A stretch of 64,000 bases of DNA from Methanomassiliicoccales archaeon (GTDB taxonomy: Archaea > Thermoplasmatota > Thermoplasmata > Methanomassiliicoccales > JACIVX01). Shown piece after piece: positions 48,577 through 61,231 of the stretch (positions are counted from its first letter, which is position 1; every line of letters begins with the position of its first letter). Under the pieces are notes generated by a model. The model was given only the letters and a program-made list of their open reading frames with translations, had not been told where the DNA came from and made no database searches. The stretch is taken from NCBI GenBank assembly GCA_038850735.1, contig JAWCLO010000001.1, positions 16,138-80,137 on the forward strand, given 5' to 3'. The translations under genes and the position numbers were made by a program.

Positions 48577-49476
48577 TCACGGTTTTCTCAACGTCGTTAT
48601 TTCTTTTCTTGAATTGTGAATAAAAACTGTGTGCTCCGCCTGGCTGACAACCCCGCCATCGACTTCGACAAGAACTGGGTATCCTGAAATCAAACCATGA
48701 CGATAAAGATATTTGATCAGTACCGATGCCTCTTTGCTGATATCCTGACACCACCTATCACAAAATGGTAAAGTTTTAAATCTCTTCTTTAATTCGTCAA
48801 AAAACTCCTTCGCTTTTACGTCTTTAACCGGCTTCTCTACTGAGATTCTGTAGATATTTCCAAGTTTGCCACTCCTGACCTCGCCAGCTCCATTAGTGGC
48901 GAATGGTTCGATCGCTACTACCATATCGTTGCACACCTTTGCTGTTATACCATCATCGATGTTAGGGATGCTGAGTCCAGCGTGGAGATTATACTGAGTC
49001 ATGCTGTGCCCCGTGAGATTGACCACAGGCTTAAAACCTGCATCTTTTATAGTGCGTTCGATGGTTCCTCCAATAACACTTGCAGAAACTCCGTCATTTA
49101 CGACGTCAATAGCTATACGCAAAGCTTCTTCAGCGGCGCGTATCAGCTCCTCATAGTTTCTTGTTCCTACTTCAACGGTTGCAGCGGTATCACCAATGAA
49201 ACCCTCGACATGCGCACCAACATCGATCTTTACTAGATCGCCACGCTTTAAGCGTGCACCATCATTTGGAGCTGGTGTGAAATGTGCCGCTATCTCGTTA
49301 ACGCTGATATTGACGGGAAAGGCTGGCCTTGCACCCTTTTTCTTTATGAACTCTTCAACTTCTAAAGCAATGTCAATGTAACGAACTCCCTCGTCGATCA
49401 GATTCTCAGCCATTTCCAAGGCTTCACCTGCGATAGCTCCAGCTTTTCGTATACATTCAAGTGCATGATTATTCAT
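48577..49476 (-). CDS. map: Methionine aminopeptidase, type 2 (archaeal)
   Basis: 299 aa pita-bread fold with metal ligands in the KIDVGAHVEGFIGD, GHS and AIEPF contexts. Confidence 0.88.
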   Translation of the reverse strand: MNNHALECIRKAGAIAGEALEMAENLIDEGVRYIDIALEVEEFIKKKGARPAFPVNISVNEIAAHFTPAPNDGARLKRGDLVKIDVGAHVEGFIGDTAATVEVGTRNYEELIRAAEEALRIAIDVVNDGVSASVIGGTIERTIKDAGFKPVVNLTGHSMTQYNLHAGLSIPNIDDGITAKVCNDMVVAIEPFATNGAGEVRSGKLGNIYRISVEKPVKDVKAKEFFDELKKRFKTLPFCDRWCQDISKEASVLIKYLYRHGLISGYPVLVEVDGGVVSQAEHTVFIHNSRKEITTLRKP

Positions 49477-50110
49477 GGAGGGCAGCCTCGATCAGATTTT
49501 TCGGAATTGCTCCTTGCCTCACTATTTCTATACCATTCTCCATGACCTGAACAATCGTGGAAGGCTTTCCGATCCTGCAAGGACCACAGTCAATGCAATA
49601 TTCCACCTTATCGCCTATGTCGGCAATTGCCATCTGCGCGTTAATAGGATCTGGATGGGAATGCAGATTCGCGCTTGTTGAAATGATAGGCCCACATCGT
49701 CTTATAAGTCTCAAAGCAAGAGGATGATCTGGGATACGTATTCCTATTTCCATTGAGGAGGAGGTGAGGATGTCAGGAATATTCCCTTTCTTTGTCAAGA
49801 GAAGTGTTATGGGACCAGGTGTAAACTTTGACAAGAGCTTTCTCGTTTTGCCGTCGAGCACGGCGATGTCCTCAAGCATATCTATATCTGCAACGGCTAC
49901 GGATAATGGCATATCAAACGGTCTCCGTTTTACCATATAAACCCTTGTTATAGCCGCTTCGTCAAACGGGTTTGCACCCAGTCCATACAGAGTTTCCGTC
50001 GGATATATGACGAGTTTTCCTTTTCGCACCGCATTCGCCATCTCTTCAATTCTACCATCGGGTAGATCGCATATAGCGCAATCTTTCTTTTTGCACGATA
50101 TAAGCTCCAT
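49469..50110 (-). CDS. tsaC: L-threonylcarbamoyladenylate synthase, short YrdC/TsaC-type
   Basis: 213 aa with PTETLYGLGANP and ISTSANLH motifs. It has no Sua5 C-terminal domain and overlaps map by 8 nt. Confidence 0.82.
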   Translation of the reverse strand: MELISCKKKDCAICDLPDGRIEEMANAVRKGKLVIYPTETLYGLGANPFDEAAITRVYMVKRRPFDMPLSVAVADIDMLEDIAVLDGKTRKLLSKFTPGPITLLLTKKGNIPDILTSSSMEIGIRIPDHPLALRLIRRCGPIISTSANLHSHPDPINAQMAIADIGDKVEYCIDCGPCRIGKPSTIVQVMENGIEIVRQGAIPKNLIEAALHE

Positions 50111-50773
50111 TCACACCTCCCCCAAGCTATCTAGCGCTCTAAGTACTTGCATCCTCGCATCCTTCAAGGAGTAAGGACCATGACCAGGATATAGATCAGT
50201 AATCTCGAATAAAAGGAGACGACGAAGAGACCTCACAAGATCATCATAGCTTCCCGAGGGAAGATCCCAACGCCCAACGCCTCCTATAAACAACAGATCC
50301 CCGCAGATCAAAGCGCCTGTAATTTTATCAATAAGCACAATGCTGCCCTCTGAGTGACCTGGCGTGTGATAGACAACGAATTCGTGATCACCAGTCGAGA
50401 ACACACAACCTTCAGAGAGGGGATGTACTTCAACCGGCTCCATTCTTATTCCTCCGAATTTGGCAAGAGTGGCCCACCCATCACCCTGCACCAGTGGGGG
50501 CGCATCTAATTCATGAATGTATACTTCGGCATCGAGAGATCTCATCAGAAAACGAGCGCCACCAACATGATCAAAGTGCCTGTGCGTGAGAATAATTCTA
50601 TCAATCCTTGAAGGCGGAACTATTTCGGAGATCTGACCAAGTATACTCTTGGTGTGAACGCCGGTACCCGTATCGACCAGAAAAGGATCGCTACCAGTGA
50701 CCACATAAATATTTGAATCCAGTCCTACTCCTGGCAGGCAATGAACGGTCATTTCAAAATTCTGAAGTTCCAT
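50111..50773 (-). CDS. MBL-fold metallo-hydrolase
   Basis: 220 aa with the THRHFDHVGG and TPGHSEGS motifs. Its stop abuts the tsaC start. Confidence 0.8.
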   Translation of the reverse strand: MELQNFEMTVHCLPGVGLDSNIYVVTGSDPFLVDTGTGVHTKSILGQISEIVPPSRIDRIILTHRHFDHVGGARFLMRSLDAEVYIHELDAPPLVQGDGWATLAKFGGIRMEPVEVHPLSEGCVFSTGDHEFVVYHTPGHSEGSIVLIDKITGALICGDLLFIGGVGRWDLPSGSYDDLVRSLRRLLLFEITDLYPGHGPYSLKDARMQVLRALDSLGEV

Positions 50774-50983
50774 TCAATATATAATATCTTGCACCGATGG
50801 GGCATGCCTGTACATTGTTAATGTAATTGCTAAAAAGACATCTAAATGGAGTCCTCTGAGAATGCCATTAGTTACTGCGATATTATGAAAATTGGCGCTG
50901 CATAAACACGCCAATGCAGATTAATATAAGTCCGCAAATTAACCATTTGATCGGAAAATTGTATCCATGATTTGGGTGGTTTG

Positions 50984-52087
50984 ATGAATCTTCCTGAGCA
51001 CTATTCGAAAAAACTCCTACATTCAAAGGGTGTGCCTATTCCCAATGGATATCTTATCAGAAAGCCTGACGAAATTAGGGATTTCCCGATGCCAGCTATC
51101 CTAAAGGCGCAGGTGCCTATCGGAAGACGGGGGAAATTGGGTGGCATAAGGAAGGTCAACGATCTGGTTGATGCAGAGAAGAGCGCTTGTGAGATTTTCA
51201 AAATGCGATTTAATGGTTTTACTCCAAAAGAAATTCTCGTCGAAGAGTTTGTTGATGCTGCCATGGAAACATATGTTGGAATTACGATCAATAGAGATGT
51301 CGGTTTACCCGAGGTTATTGCGAGCGCAGAAGGTGGCGTTGAAATAGAAGAGGTTGCTGATAGTAACATAAAAAGAATCACCGTTCATCCATTTATTGGT
51401 ATCACAGAATATCAGATTCGGGAACTCTTAGATGCTCTTGATATCCCGCAAGATCTCAGAGATGCCGGAAGGACGCTCCTAAGAACCCTGTGGGAATTAT
51501 TCTGGACGTTTGACTGCGAATTATTGGAAATCAATCCATTAATGATAACAATGGATAGAAGGCTAGTAGCAGCTGATGCAAAGATCACTATCAATGACGA
51601 TGCACTCTTTCGCCATCAGCAAATTGGGCTTCTGGATATGAATGTCGACACGCTTGAAGCGGAGGCTAGAAAAAATTCGCTCGTTCTTGTCAAACTCGAC
51701 GGAAATGTTGCAGTCATAGCCAACGGTGCAGGTTTGACGATGGCTACGCTGGACAATCTTGTATACCATGGAGGGAAAGGGGGATTATTCCTTGATCTTG
51801 GTGGAACCGACGATCCCAGGAAGGTTGAATGCGCTCTAGAACTGGCGTTGAAAACATTACCAAAAGTTATCCTAATAAACATCTTTGGTGGAATGACTCG
51901 TTGCGATACAGTAGCATCTGGGATAATCGCTGTGAAGAGGAAAACCTCACTGAACATACCCATCGTGATTAGACTCAAAGGCACTAATGAAGGAGTAGCT
52001 CACGAAATGCTCAAGAAGGAGGGGTTCCTCGTCTACGAGGAACTTGACGAGGCGTGCAAGACGGCAAGCAAGATGGGAGGCAACTGA
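50984..52087 (+). CDS. sucC: Succinyl-CoA synthetase beta subunit (ATP-grasp)
   Basis: About 367 aa. The N-terminus is NLPEHYSKKLL. Other motifs are the KAQV..GGRGK-like region and NIFGGMTRCD. The ATG at 50984 is preferred over TTG at 50972. Confidence 0.85.
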   Translation: MNLPEHYSKKLLHSKGVPIPNGYLIRKPDEIRDFPMPAILKAQVPIGRRGKLGGIRKVNDLVDAEKSACEIFKMRFNGFTPKEILVEEFVDAAMETYVGITINRDVGLPEVIASAEGGVEIEEVADSNIKRITVHPFIGITEYQIRELLDALDIPQDLRDAGRTLLRTLWELFWTFDCELLEINPLMITMDRRLVAADAKITINDDALFRHQQIGLLDMNVDTLEAEARKNSLVLVKLDGNVAVIANGAGLTMATLDNLVYHGGKGGLFLDLGGTDDPRKVECALELALKTLPKVILINIFGGMTRCDTVASGIIAVKRKTSLNIPIVIRLKGTNEGVAHEMLKKEGFLVYEELDEACKTASKMGGN

Positions 52088-52090
52088 TTT

Positions 52091-52966
52091 ATGGCAATAA
52101 TCGTTTCTCATGAAACACGAGTGCTCGTCCAGGGTATTACTGGTCATCAGGGCAGGCAGCAGACATTGGCCATGAAGGAATTTGGTACAAAGATGGTCAG
52201 TGGCGTCACGCCTGGTAGAGGCGGAGAATACATACATGGTGTCCCCGTTTTTGACACGGTCAAAGAGGCTGTGGCAAAGACGAACCCTAACACCTCGATC
52301 GTCTTCGTTCCTGGACCACATGCCAGAGACGCGGTAATAGAAGCGCTTGATGCAGGAATCAAAACGATAGTTGTCATTACGGAGCATATCCCAGTTCACG
52401 ACACGATAGAATTTGTCGAATATTCAAAAATCAAAGGTGCCAGAATCATTGGCCCTAATTGCCCAGGAATAGCTGCGCCAGGTATTGCAAAAGTAGGTAT
52501 CATGTCAAACTCAATTTTCTTAAAGGGACACGTTGGCGTAGTGTCCCGAAGCGGCACATTAACATATGAAATTGTTAATGCATTGAGTCATTCTGGAATT
52601 GGTCAGTCAACATGTATTGGGATAGGCGGAGATCCAGTTATCGGCACGAGTTTCACAGAGGTACTCGACTTGTTTGAAAAAGATGATGATACACACGCCA
52701 TTGTTTTAATCGGGGAAATTGGTGGTATTGCAGAAGAAATCGCTGCGCAGTTCATAAAAGAGTATGTTTCAAAGCCTGTGGTTGCTTATATAGCCGGTAG
52801 AACGGCGCCTCCTGAGAAGCGCATGGGACACGCAGGAGCCATAATTGCCAGAGGAATGGGTACTGCTGATAGTAAGATAACGGCTCTGCAGAAGGCCGAA
52901 GTTTCTATCGCAAGGCTTCCTTTCGAGATACCCAATTTAATAAAGAGCCGTTTGACGGAGGTATAA
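52091..52966 (+). CDS. sucD: Succinyl-CoA synthetase alpha subunit
   Basis: 291 aa with [18 protein letters not shown] and the phosphohistidine loop MGHAGAII. Confidence 0.92.
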   Translation: MAIIVSHETRVLVQGITGHQGRQQTLAMKEFGTKMVSGVTPGRGGEYIHGVPVFDTVKEAVAKTNPNTSIVFVPGPHARDAVIEALDAGIKTIVVITEHIPVHDTIEFVEYSKIKGARIIGPNCPGIAAPGIAKVGIMSNSIFLKGHVGVVSRSGTLTYEIVNALSHSGIGQSTCIGIGGDPVIGTSFTEVLDLFEKDDDTHAIVLIGEIGGIAEEIAAQFIKEYVSKPVVAYIAGRTAPPEKRMGHAGAIIARGMGTADSKITALQKAEVSIARLPFEIPNLIKSRLTEV

Positions 52967-52971
52967 GAAAA

Positions 52972-53694
52972 ATGGAATTTGAATTGATTGAGGAGAAATC
53001 GGCATTCTTTTTCAGCGCGACCGATACCCTGATGACATACAAAGGTGGAAGGGAGGGCATTCTCGTTGATGCTTTGAAGGAGTTGGGAATTCAAATCACG
53101 GTACCACAGGCGAAGATAGGATTTCTTGCCACAGAATTGCAGATTTCCACAAGAGGATACACGATCAAACCAAAAGAAGAACGGGAGAAGTTATTGAATG
53201 ACTTTTCAAAAGCAGTCATCTCGAACTGCGGTATTAAGGATGACGGGAGGATTGCGGCCTTCGTGGCAAATAGATTCAGATCTTCAGATATATGGATTGC
53301 ATATCCTGACGCAGAGCCGACCCTCAAATCATTGAAGAAGAGAGGATGTATTCTCGGCGTAATAGCAAATGGGGAAAGGATCATTCGGGAGGCACTCCGA
53401 AAATTGTCATTGTCTCAGTATCTAGATGACATCACGCTTTCGGAAGAAGCAGGCGTGGAAAAGCCAGATCCACGAATTTACCAGATGGTGATTGAAAAAT
53501 TCGGGTTGCGACCTCAAGAATGTGTATTCGTTGGCGATACTATAGACGTTGATCTAAGAGGGGCGAGAATGGCGGGAATGTCCGCCGTCTGGATCGACAG
53601 AAATAGGCTTGCGAAGAGAGTCGGAGACATTACTAAAATTGAAGTACTCACAGACGTCGAATTCATATTCCCTATCAAGGCTGTGAAAAACTAA
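52972..53694 (+). CDS. HAD-superfamily hydrolase
   Basis: 240 aa with a C-terminal HAD motif (VFVGDTIDVDLRGARMAGM) and a KPDPRIY motif. The N-terminal DxD motif is degenerate (FFSATDT). Confidence 0.65.
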   Translation: MEFELIEEKSAFFFSATDTLMTYKGGREGILVDALKELGIQITVPQAKIGFLATELQISTRGYTIKPKEEREKLLNDFSKAVISNCGIKDDGRIAAFVANRFRSSDIWIAYPDAEPTLKSLKKRGCILGVIANGERIIREALRKLSLSQYLDDITLSEEAGVEKPDPRIYQMVIEKFGLRPQECVFVGDTIDVDLRGARMAGMSAVWIDRNRLAKRVGDITKIEVLTDVEFIFPIKAVKN

Positions 53695-53982
53695 GATTGT
53701 CTGGATCTCATTACACAAGCATCGCTTTACCATCAACGATGAAGAAAATAAAAACTGCAGTGTACGGATTGTTGCCATATCACAAATAGCAGCGATGTGA
53801 GTTATATCATACCAGCGAACATATTAATAAATTAACGAAGTCTACATTATACAAGTGAACTCAAACGAGAAGATTACAACAAGAAAACAATAGAGGTTCG
53901 AAATGCTTAAATAACAACCTTATGATAAAAGAATTTGCCCATTTCAAGGATCACTTGTCGTTGTTTCCCAAAGGAACAACGT

Positions 53983-53990
53983 ATTTATAG
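53983..53990 (+). promoter_or_regulatory. TATA-like box (ATTTATAG), candidate promoter of the 23S rRNA transcript
   Basis: It is the only strong TATA-like element in the ~450-nt spacer and lies about 160 nt upstream of the processing stem. No experimental support. Confidence 0.3.
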
Positions 53991-54146
53991 ACCCTTGAAT
54001 ATGGAGGCAAGCTGCCGTGGGCAGAATATGTATGTTGGCTCATGGCTGATCATGATTCACGATGTGCACCCGCGAAGAGATCCTTCTCGGGGAAGCGGAG
54101 AGAACTGCCGAGGAAAGGAAGGTTCTCGGCGTTCCGTGATTCCAAT

Positions 54147-54171
54147 CATACGCAGCCCGGACGTGTGTTAA

Positions 54172-54174
<3 letters not shown>
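54147..54174 (+). other. 5' strand of the pre-23S rRNA processing stem with bulge-helix-bulge (BHB) motif
   Basis: CATACGCAGCCCG (54147-59) pairs perfectly with CGGGCTGCGTATG (57153-65). GACG (54160-63) pairs with CGTC (57146-49). TGT (54164-66) is a 3-nt bulge. GTTAAGCC (54167-74) pairs with GGCTTAAC (57138-45). Confidence 0.8.
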
Positions 54175-57117
<2,943 letters not shown>

Positions 57118-57137
57118 AGTGCAATGCGGTTGGCTTC

Positions 57138-57165
57138 GGCTTAACCGTCATACGGGCTGCGTATG
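57138..57165 (+). other. 3' strand of the pre-23S rRNA processing stem (BHB motif)
   Basis: It complements 54147-54174. ATA (57150-52) is the 3-nt bulge on this strand, separated from the TGT bulge by the 4-bp GACG/CGTC helix. Confidence 0.8.
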
Positions 57166-57894
57166 TCCTTCCTTTAAAAGAAAAAAAACTATCTTAATCG
57201 ATCAGAATCTTTCTTATTATGTTGCACAACATAGGTTCTCGAGTAAAATTTATTACCAAATCAATCCATTTTTTTCCAAGAAATAACGGGAACGGTTTCC
57301 TTCTTATTTTCAAGGATTTAAGAAATAATCAATGAATTGAGAGGGCAAAGCAGAATTTTTGAAACATGAGTATCAACTCATTTTACGATTCAAATGAATA
57401 TTTTTTCATAACACCTCCGCTAGTGATATTCTCAAGCACTGTTTAGACCTCGGAAATTGCATGGCTATGTCTCGTGAATCGAATATTCGTATTTCATCAT
57501 TCTTCCAAGGAGAAGATAGTTTGCTTCGACTCATTAAGTTAGTTTCCATAAACCATTCAGTTAACCAAACTCACGAGTTATGGTTATAAATCTGCTAGAT
57601 CTGGATCAATTCAAATTTACCTCTAATCGTTAAAGAAGTTGGAAGAATAAATAAACGGATTTGGAGGTTTTCATAACTGCCAATTAATTTGAGACTGCAA
57701 CATACTGTGTCAAAAGTTTTGCTAACCCTTGAGCTATTGTATTTACTTTTCGGAGCGATTTTAGAATGAATTTTCGATCATATTCTTTTTGATTTTCAAG
57801 AATTTCCAACAATTATAGTAATTTATAAACGCATGAAATATATATATTTCAAAAGCAATTAGAAAATAAATAACTCAAAAAGGGGGGATGAATT

Positions 57895-58242
57895 GTGTCG
57901 CTTGTGTTAGGAGCCATAAACATCATAGCGGGCCTCATACTAGCAATGGGCATTCTGAACAGCATTCCAGCTCTTGGAAAGCACCTGGAGAAACTCGCTA
58001 AATGGCTGGGGAGATTTCAAACCATAATCGGGATCATTGCTATAATCGTAGCGATAATTTGGTGGGGATCATTACTTGGAAGTATCGTTGCGATAATCGC
58101 TGGTCTTGTACTGTTGACAGGGATATTACCAAGCATACCTGTTTTTGGCAAGCACTTAGAGAAACTTGCAAAGTGGCTAGGTAGATTCCAAACCATAATT
58201 GGAATCATCGCGATTATTGTTGGTATTTTGGAATTGTTGTGA
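57895..58242 (+). CDS. Small membrane protein (115 aa) made of two tandem 57-aa units
   Basis: GTG start preceded by GGGGGGAT. Each unit is a TM helix, an amphipathic GKHLEKLAKWLGRFQ segment and a second TM helix. No family was recognised. Confidence 0.65.
   Translation: MSLVLGAINIIAGLILAMGILNSIPALGKHLEKLAKWLGRFQTIIGIIAIIVAIIWWGSLLGSIVAIIAGLVLLTGILPSIPVFGKHLEKLAKWLGRFQTIIGIIAIIVGILELL
57901..58239 (+). repeat. Intragenic tandem duplication (2 x ~171 nt)
   Basis: Codons 28-52 (57976-58050) and 85-109 (58147-58221) encode an identical 25-aa stretch. They differ at 16 of 75 nt, and every difference is synonymous (counted codon by codon). Confidence 0.9.
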
Positions 58243-58750
58243 GAACGGAAAAAAATTCTTATCCATTAATTTTTTTTCTTATTCGAAATTGTGCTTTTTT
58301 TGGCCATAGGATTTATCACTAGAAGTCCCGCGAAATTTGACAAGCTAGACGATTAAAGCAAACAACCGAGTAAAGATTCGTTCAGAGAACTTTTTGAAGA
58401 AGATATCACCAATTACAATCTTACCAATACATCAGTTTCATTCATCTATATCGGTAAAATAAACGTACGTCTCCAATTACAAGATTGATATGAATAATCC
58501 TATGTGGAATTTTCTGATCCTGATTGGTATAATTTCCTTAGTTGCATACTTGGCTTTCTGCTGTTCTTGAGGTACAAACATATGAACTCTGGACTCTTGC
58601 CTCGGCAATGCAGAGGATACCTCACCTGCATCCTCACAATTACAATTATTGGATGAATAATTTACAAATGCAAGTTTAATCTTGCTAATGACATCGCAAT
58701 AAGATTCATGATCATGCCATCCTCAGAATCGTCATTTTTCAGAATACTTC

Positions 58751-59851
58751 TCAAGAATACCCATATGATGGTACCAACGATCTTAGACGCTTCAAAGCAG
58801 AGAGCTTTTCCTTGTTTCCGAGCTTAGCGCAATAAACGCCATCGATTAACAATTGAATCGATTCGTCCATTGCTTTTCTATCGACGGGGAAAGGCACACC
58901 GTCCTTACCGCCCACAGCAAATGAGAACTTGACTGGATCCCTACGGCTTGGCTCCGCACCGTATACGAGCTCACCTATCAGCGCGAGCGCCCTGACCGTG
59001 GATGGTCCGATTCCTCGAACTGAAAGAAGTTCCTCGTAATTTGTCGGATGAAATTCATAAGCCTTTCGTAGAACGTTCCAATTGACAGAACGAGGCATAT
59101 TTAGACGGAATATACGCTCGCCTGTCCAGTATGATAAAAGGGATTGCCCTTTATCTATGTTTACAATTTCTCGCTGAAGTCTTTCAACGCCTTCGTTGAC
59201 CAAATCCACTGACAATTTCCTTGAATCCCTACTCATTCGCGAAGTCATGTCGAGTACGAGATCCGATTTAACGCCAAGAATCGCACTGTGTGGCTCTTCT
59301 ACGAACTCGTGTAATTCTCCTGAGAACCAGTGATATCGACGCGCGTAGCCGAGCTTCTCGTCCATTCCCTGTTGAATAACAGTCCAATTACCTTCTCTAT
59401 CGAATATGAATGAATGGTGATACAAATCGTAACCGTCTTGAACAGCAGAGCTGTCAACTTTAGCAGCCATCCTACTTGCATACACAAGTTCACTTTCCTT
59501 TTTTGGAGAGAGTTCATGAGCAGAGGACCACGATCTTATGTCAGCAGGCGCGAGCGTGGAAAACCTCCCTTTGCCTCCTGCCACACACAACTCATCGCTT
59601 TGTTTAAGTGCCTCTTTAAGTGCTCCGCATGTTACTGTCGTTGTACCGGAACTATGCCAGTCAAACCCGAGCACACAGGAAAAGGCCTGAAACCAAAATG
59701 GATCAGCCATTCGTCGAACGACCTCCTTAGTATCATATTCGATTACAATCACATCAACGATGGCCTTCGCTAATTTCACCATTCTCTCGAACAGCCATCG
59801 AGGAGCGCTGCCTCCATGAAGCGGAAGATCGGCAATACCAGTTCTAGGCAC
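58751..59851 (-). CDS. DUF763-family protein (contains a helix-hairpin-helix-like motif)
   Basis: 366 aa. The N-terminal ADLPLHGGSAPRWLF is recalled as the DUF763 signature. VRGIGPSTVRALALIGE looks like an HhH motif. Confidence 0.6.
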   Translation of the reverse strand: MPRTGIADLPLHGGSAPRWLFERMVKLAKAIVDVIVIEYDTKEVVRRMADPFWFQAFSCVLGFDWHSSGTTTVTCGALKEALKQSDELCVAGGKGRFSTLAPADIRSWSSAHELSPKKESELVYASRMAAKVDSSAVQDGYDLYHHSFIFDREGNWTVIQQGMDEKLGYARRYHWFSGELHEFVEEPHSAILGVKSDLVLDMTSRMSRDSRKLSVDLVNEGVERLQREIVNIDKGQSLLSYWTGERIFRLNMPRSVNWNVLRKAYEFHPTNYEELLSVRGIGPSTVRALALIGELVYGAEPSRRDPVKFSFAVGGKDGVPFPVDRKAMDESIQLLIDGVYCAKLGNKEKLSALKRLRSLVPSYGYS

Positions 59852-59918
59852 ACACTATTCTAGACTCTCTGTTCTTAAAAATCTTAGTGAGGCATTTCTG
59901 AAATAAGTCGCAATTGGT

Positions 59919-60317
59919 CTACGGCACAAAAAAGCATGTTGTAGTAGTCGGAAGCTTTTTTCGCAGCTCGAAGAGGTGCGGATAAAATATGCGAATCTCA
60001 TCTTCTTTTTCTGGTTCACGACCTATGACTTTTGACACGAGCTTGACTTCGATTTTGCCGGATACCCTCCAAGCGCCTCCTGAATCGGTAGTGTCTGTCA
60101 TAATAATGATTGGCAGTCTCAGCCTTTCTTTGTCATCATCAACCAGGAGTGAGGAAATATAATTGAGTTCTTCTTTTGAGATCGAATACACGTTCCCGTC
60201 TTTGCCGCAGTAGGATGGCTTATCTTCTTGAAGGAGATCTGCCAACCTCTTTCTCGCAGTTGGAAGATGTCTATTCATGGATGCAATGAATTTTTCAAAT
60301 GAGCTTTCACTAAACAT
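59919..60317 (-). CDS. DUF61 / UPF0216-family protein
   Basis: 132 aa. The LRLPIII...G.W.V.G and C-terminal LRKKLPTTT pattern is recalled from archaeal UPF0216 proteins. Confidence 0.55.
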   Translation of the reverse strand: MFSESSFEKFIASMNRHLPTARKRLADLLQEDKPSYCGKDGNVYSISKEELNYISSLLVDDDKERLRLPIIIMTDTTDSGGAWRVSGKIEVKLVSKVIGREPEKEDEIRIFYPHLFELRKKLPTTTTCFFVP

Positions 60318-60468
60318 TGCGGGCCTCCGCTCTCTTCATCACCAATGGAGAGTCTCTTTCAAGTTATGCATGGATATCATTTAGCTGTGAGACCAATTAA
60401 TCAACGGGGTTTTAAAATCTTGTGATCTTGCGATAACATTAAATTATAGGATAGCGCAAATCACATGA

Positions 60469-61074
60469 ATGCCCGAATTAGGTAAATCGATAAAAGCAAC
60501 AGTTGTTTTCACCATCATCGCTGGTTCAGCGATAGGAATCATACTCGCTGGTATCTTGGGCAACAGCAAAATGCTCATCAATGAAAGTTTCGAGAATAAT
60601 GTGCTTGATTGGCAAATCGGTAAAGATTTGCCGATTGATCCAAACACGCATCTACCAGTGTATGCATCCGTGCAGACCACGAACATTCGCTCGAGGACCG
60701 GTGAATTTTCCCTGCTTCTGCAAATTGATGGAAGGCAGGACGATGGGACTATCTGGATAGCGAAAAATATAACCTTAGGGGGAGCCAAATTTGGGAAAAT
60801 CGAAATGGCGTTCTATGTATTCAGTGAGCAGGCCTCTTTCAATGTCAAGGCTAATGTGGTGGCTTATGTAGGACCATGCCCTCCATTGAATGAATCGTAT
60901 TTCGAGGTATTAGGTAACGCTGATCGTAAGACAGGATGGACGGAATTTATTGTAGAGAAAAATATTTTTTTCAAAAATACAGACTATGCTTGGATTGCAC
61001 TCGGCATTACTGTTGCATGGGAGACGATATTGGAATATACTATCGATGATATCACCGTGAGATTGCTGTGGTGA
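60469..61074 (+). CDS. Membrane-anchored hypothetical protein (201 aa), beta-rich ectodomain
   Basis: N-terminal TM helix (VVFTIIAGSAIGIILAGIL). The remainder has no recognised motif, and a jelly-roll or CBM-like fold is only a guess. Confidence 0.45.
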   Translation: MPELGKSIKATVVFTIIAGSAIGIILAGILGNSKMLINESFENNVLDWQIGKDLPIDPNTHLPVYASVQTTNIRSRTGEFSLLLQIDGRQDDGTIWIAKNITLGGAKFGKIEMAFYVFSEQASFNVKANVVAYVGPCPPLNESYFEVLGNADRKTGWTEFIVEKNIFFKNTDYAWIALGITVAWETILEYTIDDITVRLLW

Positions 61075-61231
61075 TAAATTTCACATCCAGAAATTTCTTT
61101 TGCAGAAATTTCTTTTTTTGCTAAGATGCTATTCCACGATTTAATCGGATGCGCACTGTTTTTTAGGTTGCAATCGTCGCATCCTATTTATGTAGTATGC
61201 AAGAATTATGACTAGCTATTGACTTAATAAA

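Noticed and set aside
53700-53830. Possible C/D-box sRNA upstream of the 23S gene (CGATGAAG ... GCGATGTGAG)
   Set aside because: The C and C' boxes deviate from RUGAUGA, and no properly placed CUGA D or D' boxes or terminal stem could be found.
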